From the NCBI GenBank assembly GCA_010909165.1, contig MU008191.1:574377-638376 (forward strand): DNA of 64,000 nucleotides, in the 5' to 3' direction. The translations under genes and the position numbers were made by a program. Under the pieces are notes generated by a model that was not told the DNA's origin, did not search any database, and saw nothing but the letters and a program-made list of their open reading frames with translations. The DNA comes from Anthoceros angustus. Taxonomy: Eukaryota; Plantae; Anthocerotophyta. Of the stretch, positions 61,956 through 64,000 are shown one piece after another; the stretch's first letter is position 1, and every line of letters begins with the position of its first letter.

Positions 61956-64000
61956 CCCGCAACCTCGAGCTCGTTTTGCTTGAACGCTTGAACGAAAGAC
62001 GGCGTACATGATATTTAATGTCCCAAATCACTACATATATAGCCTTTGAGTTCAATGGTTCGATGGTATAATCTCGAGAAATAAGAATCGATCTCGTTGA
62101 TTGCAAAGTAGCTTTCCCAATTAACACTATACCACCGGATGTACATGTGCACTCGCTTTGGGAAAGGCAAGCGACTTCATACACAAACTAGAAAACGAGG
62201 GCTTGATCTATTGTGTCCGCAACAGTTGATCGGTAATAAACATGTACACAAAAATGTGGTAGGTTGGAAAGCGTTAACACAAATCGTCCAAAACGATATG
62301 CGATGTCTTGACCGCTCTCACTGTATTCGAGCAGTCACATTGCCCAAACCTCTATGCGGCCGGTACCTATAGCATCTCGTGCTACCGCATCCGCTCAACT
62401 TGGCAAGACCCATGGCCATCGACGTCAATGTGCATCCGGTTGGTTCATGGTGCGACTACATACCAGTCTGATCTGCGACTCGAAAATGGGCTCCATGTGC
62501 ACAGGTGAGGAGCCTAGCAATTCCACCCCAATAAAGAGTGTAGGTGGGGCCAGCTAGGTTTTCCAACAATGTCTAGTCGTGAGCAGGAGCACTTGTGGCC
62601 ACAATTTTTCCGGACCCTCCCATAACGAGATAAGAAGAGCTCCTGCATGGCATGCCCGACAGCCGTAGGGGGTTTAATTGTGAGGTGTTGTGGTTAGACT
62701 AGTGTAGACCAGCTTGGGTTGAGGAGCTACTCGGCTCCACAGGCATGGAGATGGGTCATGATGGCTCTCCTTCCACGACGAGCTCTCCGGATGAGCTTGG
62801 ACTGGCAGCGAAGGTGATCGGGAATGGGTGTCATGGAGCGGTGAGCACGTTATGTCGACATGGGAAGTTTTTGAGGCATGCCATTGGAGAATCGCCGGGT
62901 GAGATGAGTTCCTTTCGAGGAACTTGAAACTTGGGAATGTATGTATTTGTCTCTCTTTGAACGAGTGGTAGGCGCTCATGACTTGGAGTCGCACTCGTGA
63001 GAACACCCCGAACTAGTGTATTCAACGGCGTTTGACTATTCCACATGCGCCTTTGGAGGATTTTGCATGGGTTGAGAGCTTTCCTAGCGAGTTGAGCTCA
63101 ACCTCTTTTCAACACAATCCCAAATTTAACAAGCCCCCGTGATGGCCCAACAATACATACTTCCATGACCCGGATCGAAAATACATAATAGATTATACAT
63201 GCTGAAGGAGAAGAGGACAGTAGCAATTAATAGCAATTCCTTAGTCGTCCAGTCTTCATCTTGAATTATCCTACAAGAATGGAAGTAAAGAAATCAAAAT
63301 AAATACATTACCTTTATAATTATTTTCATCCACAACTAGATGAACAAGCCTTTCCATCTAAATTAGAAATGAATACACATATTAAAATCAAAGAGTCAAA
63401 TTTAAAAACAAAACTCAAAAACGTGATTAGACTTATTAGATCGATGCATCTAATCAAAAATGTTTTTGGTATGTCTATACCGATACATATATAAACTGTG
63501 AAGATATTACTTATGCAAAAGCGAGGTAGATGTCTCATATTTAAATTCGTGAATTAAAAATATATATATATAACCAATAAATTTAAAATCTCAATCAATG
63601 AATAACAAAATCCATATAAAGAAGAAAGCACCCAAGAATCGAACAATCAACAACCTTGTCCAAGTTGTTCTATAAGTGCATATGTTTTCAAAAACACGTG
63701 AGATTGGGTCGAGAAAGTCACAGTACTGCAATACTGCAAAACATACAAGGACCCGCCTATTTCTTGCATGCAAGATTGTGAGCTACAAAATCCTAAAATC
63801 AATCCACGTCGAAACCTCCCTTGAGTTTGTGGATGAAAACACTCACCATCATTTATAGGTTTGCCAATAGTCAATTGGAGTCAAGAAGAAAGCACCCAAG
63901 AATCGAACAATCAACAACCTTGTCCAAGTTGTTCTATAAGTGCATATGTTTTCAAAAACACGTGAGATTGGGTCGAGAAAGTCACAGTACTGCAATACCG

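Larger units (their letters stand above)
39507..64000. repeat. Tandem segmental array (~5.1-kb core unit: TPD1-like exon 1 plus upstream region plus F-box/kelch gene), continuing past the window end
   Basis: The marker AATACATACTTCCATGACCC recurs at 39507, ~48446, ~55041, ~56405 and ~63152, and long stretches are near-identical between units. Confidence 0.95.

Overview
Eukaryotic nuclear DNA from a non-seed land plant with flagellated sperm, most likely a bryophyte such as a hornwort. This is an inference from the short ~80-140 bp GT-AG introns, compact gene spacing, a bryophyte-type 5S rRNA sequence and an axonemal FAM183/CFAP144-like gene. The first ~39.6 kb is gene-rich. It holds a MIZ1/DUF617 gene whose domain is split by a ~315-aa RS-rich insert; an intronless PH/coiled-coil/GQYP-tail gene head-to-head with an intronless LYR-like+YccV/HspQ gene; two fused 5S rRNA pseudogenes; an RS-rich (RSRC1-like) gene; a 98-aa orphan ORF head-to-head with the CFAP144-like gene; a MASP1/At1g78230-family LRR gene; a kinase-less USP-like gene; a complete 9-exon NAD(H) glutamate dehydrogenase; and a secreted TPD1-like protein carrying seven ~46-47-aa Pro-rich tandem repeats. 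From ~39.5 kb to the window end is a tandem segmental array with a ~5.1-kb core unit. Each unit repeats the upstream region and signal-peptide exon of the TPD1-like gene together with a frameshifted F-box/kelch gene. The array also shows TE insertions (a truncated Copia and an unclassified 2.6-kb insert), a micro-inversion, microhomology-bounded partial duplications and an 8-bp repeat expansion. All exon models were built by hand and each sums to an intact reading frame. Family calls come from remembered motifs, not database searches.
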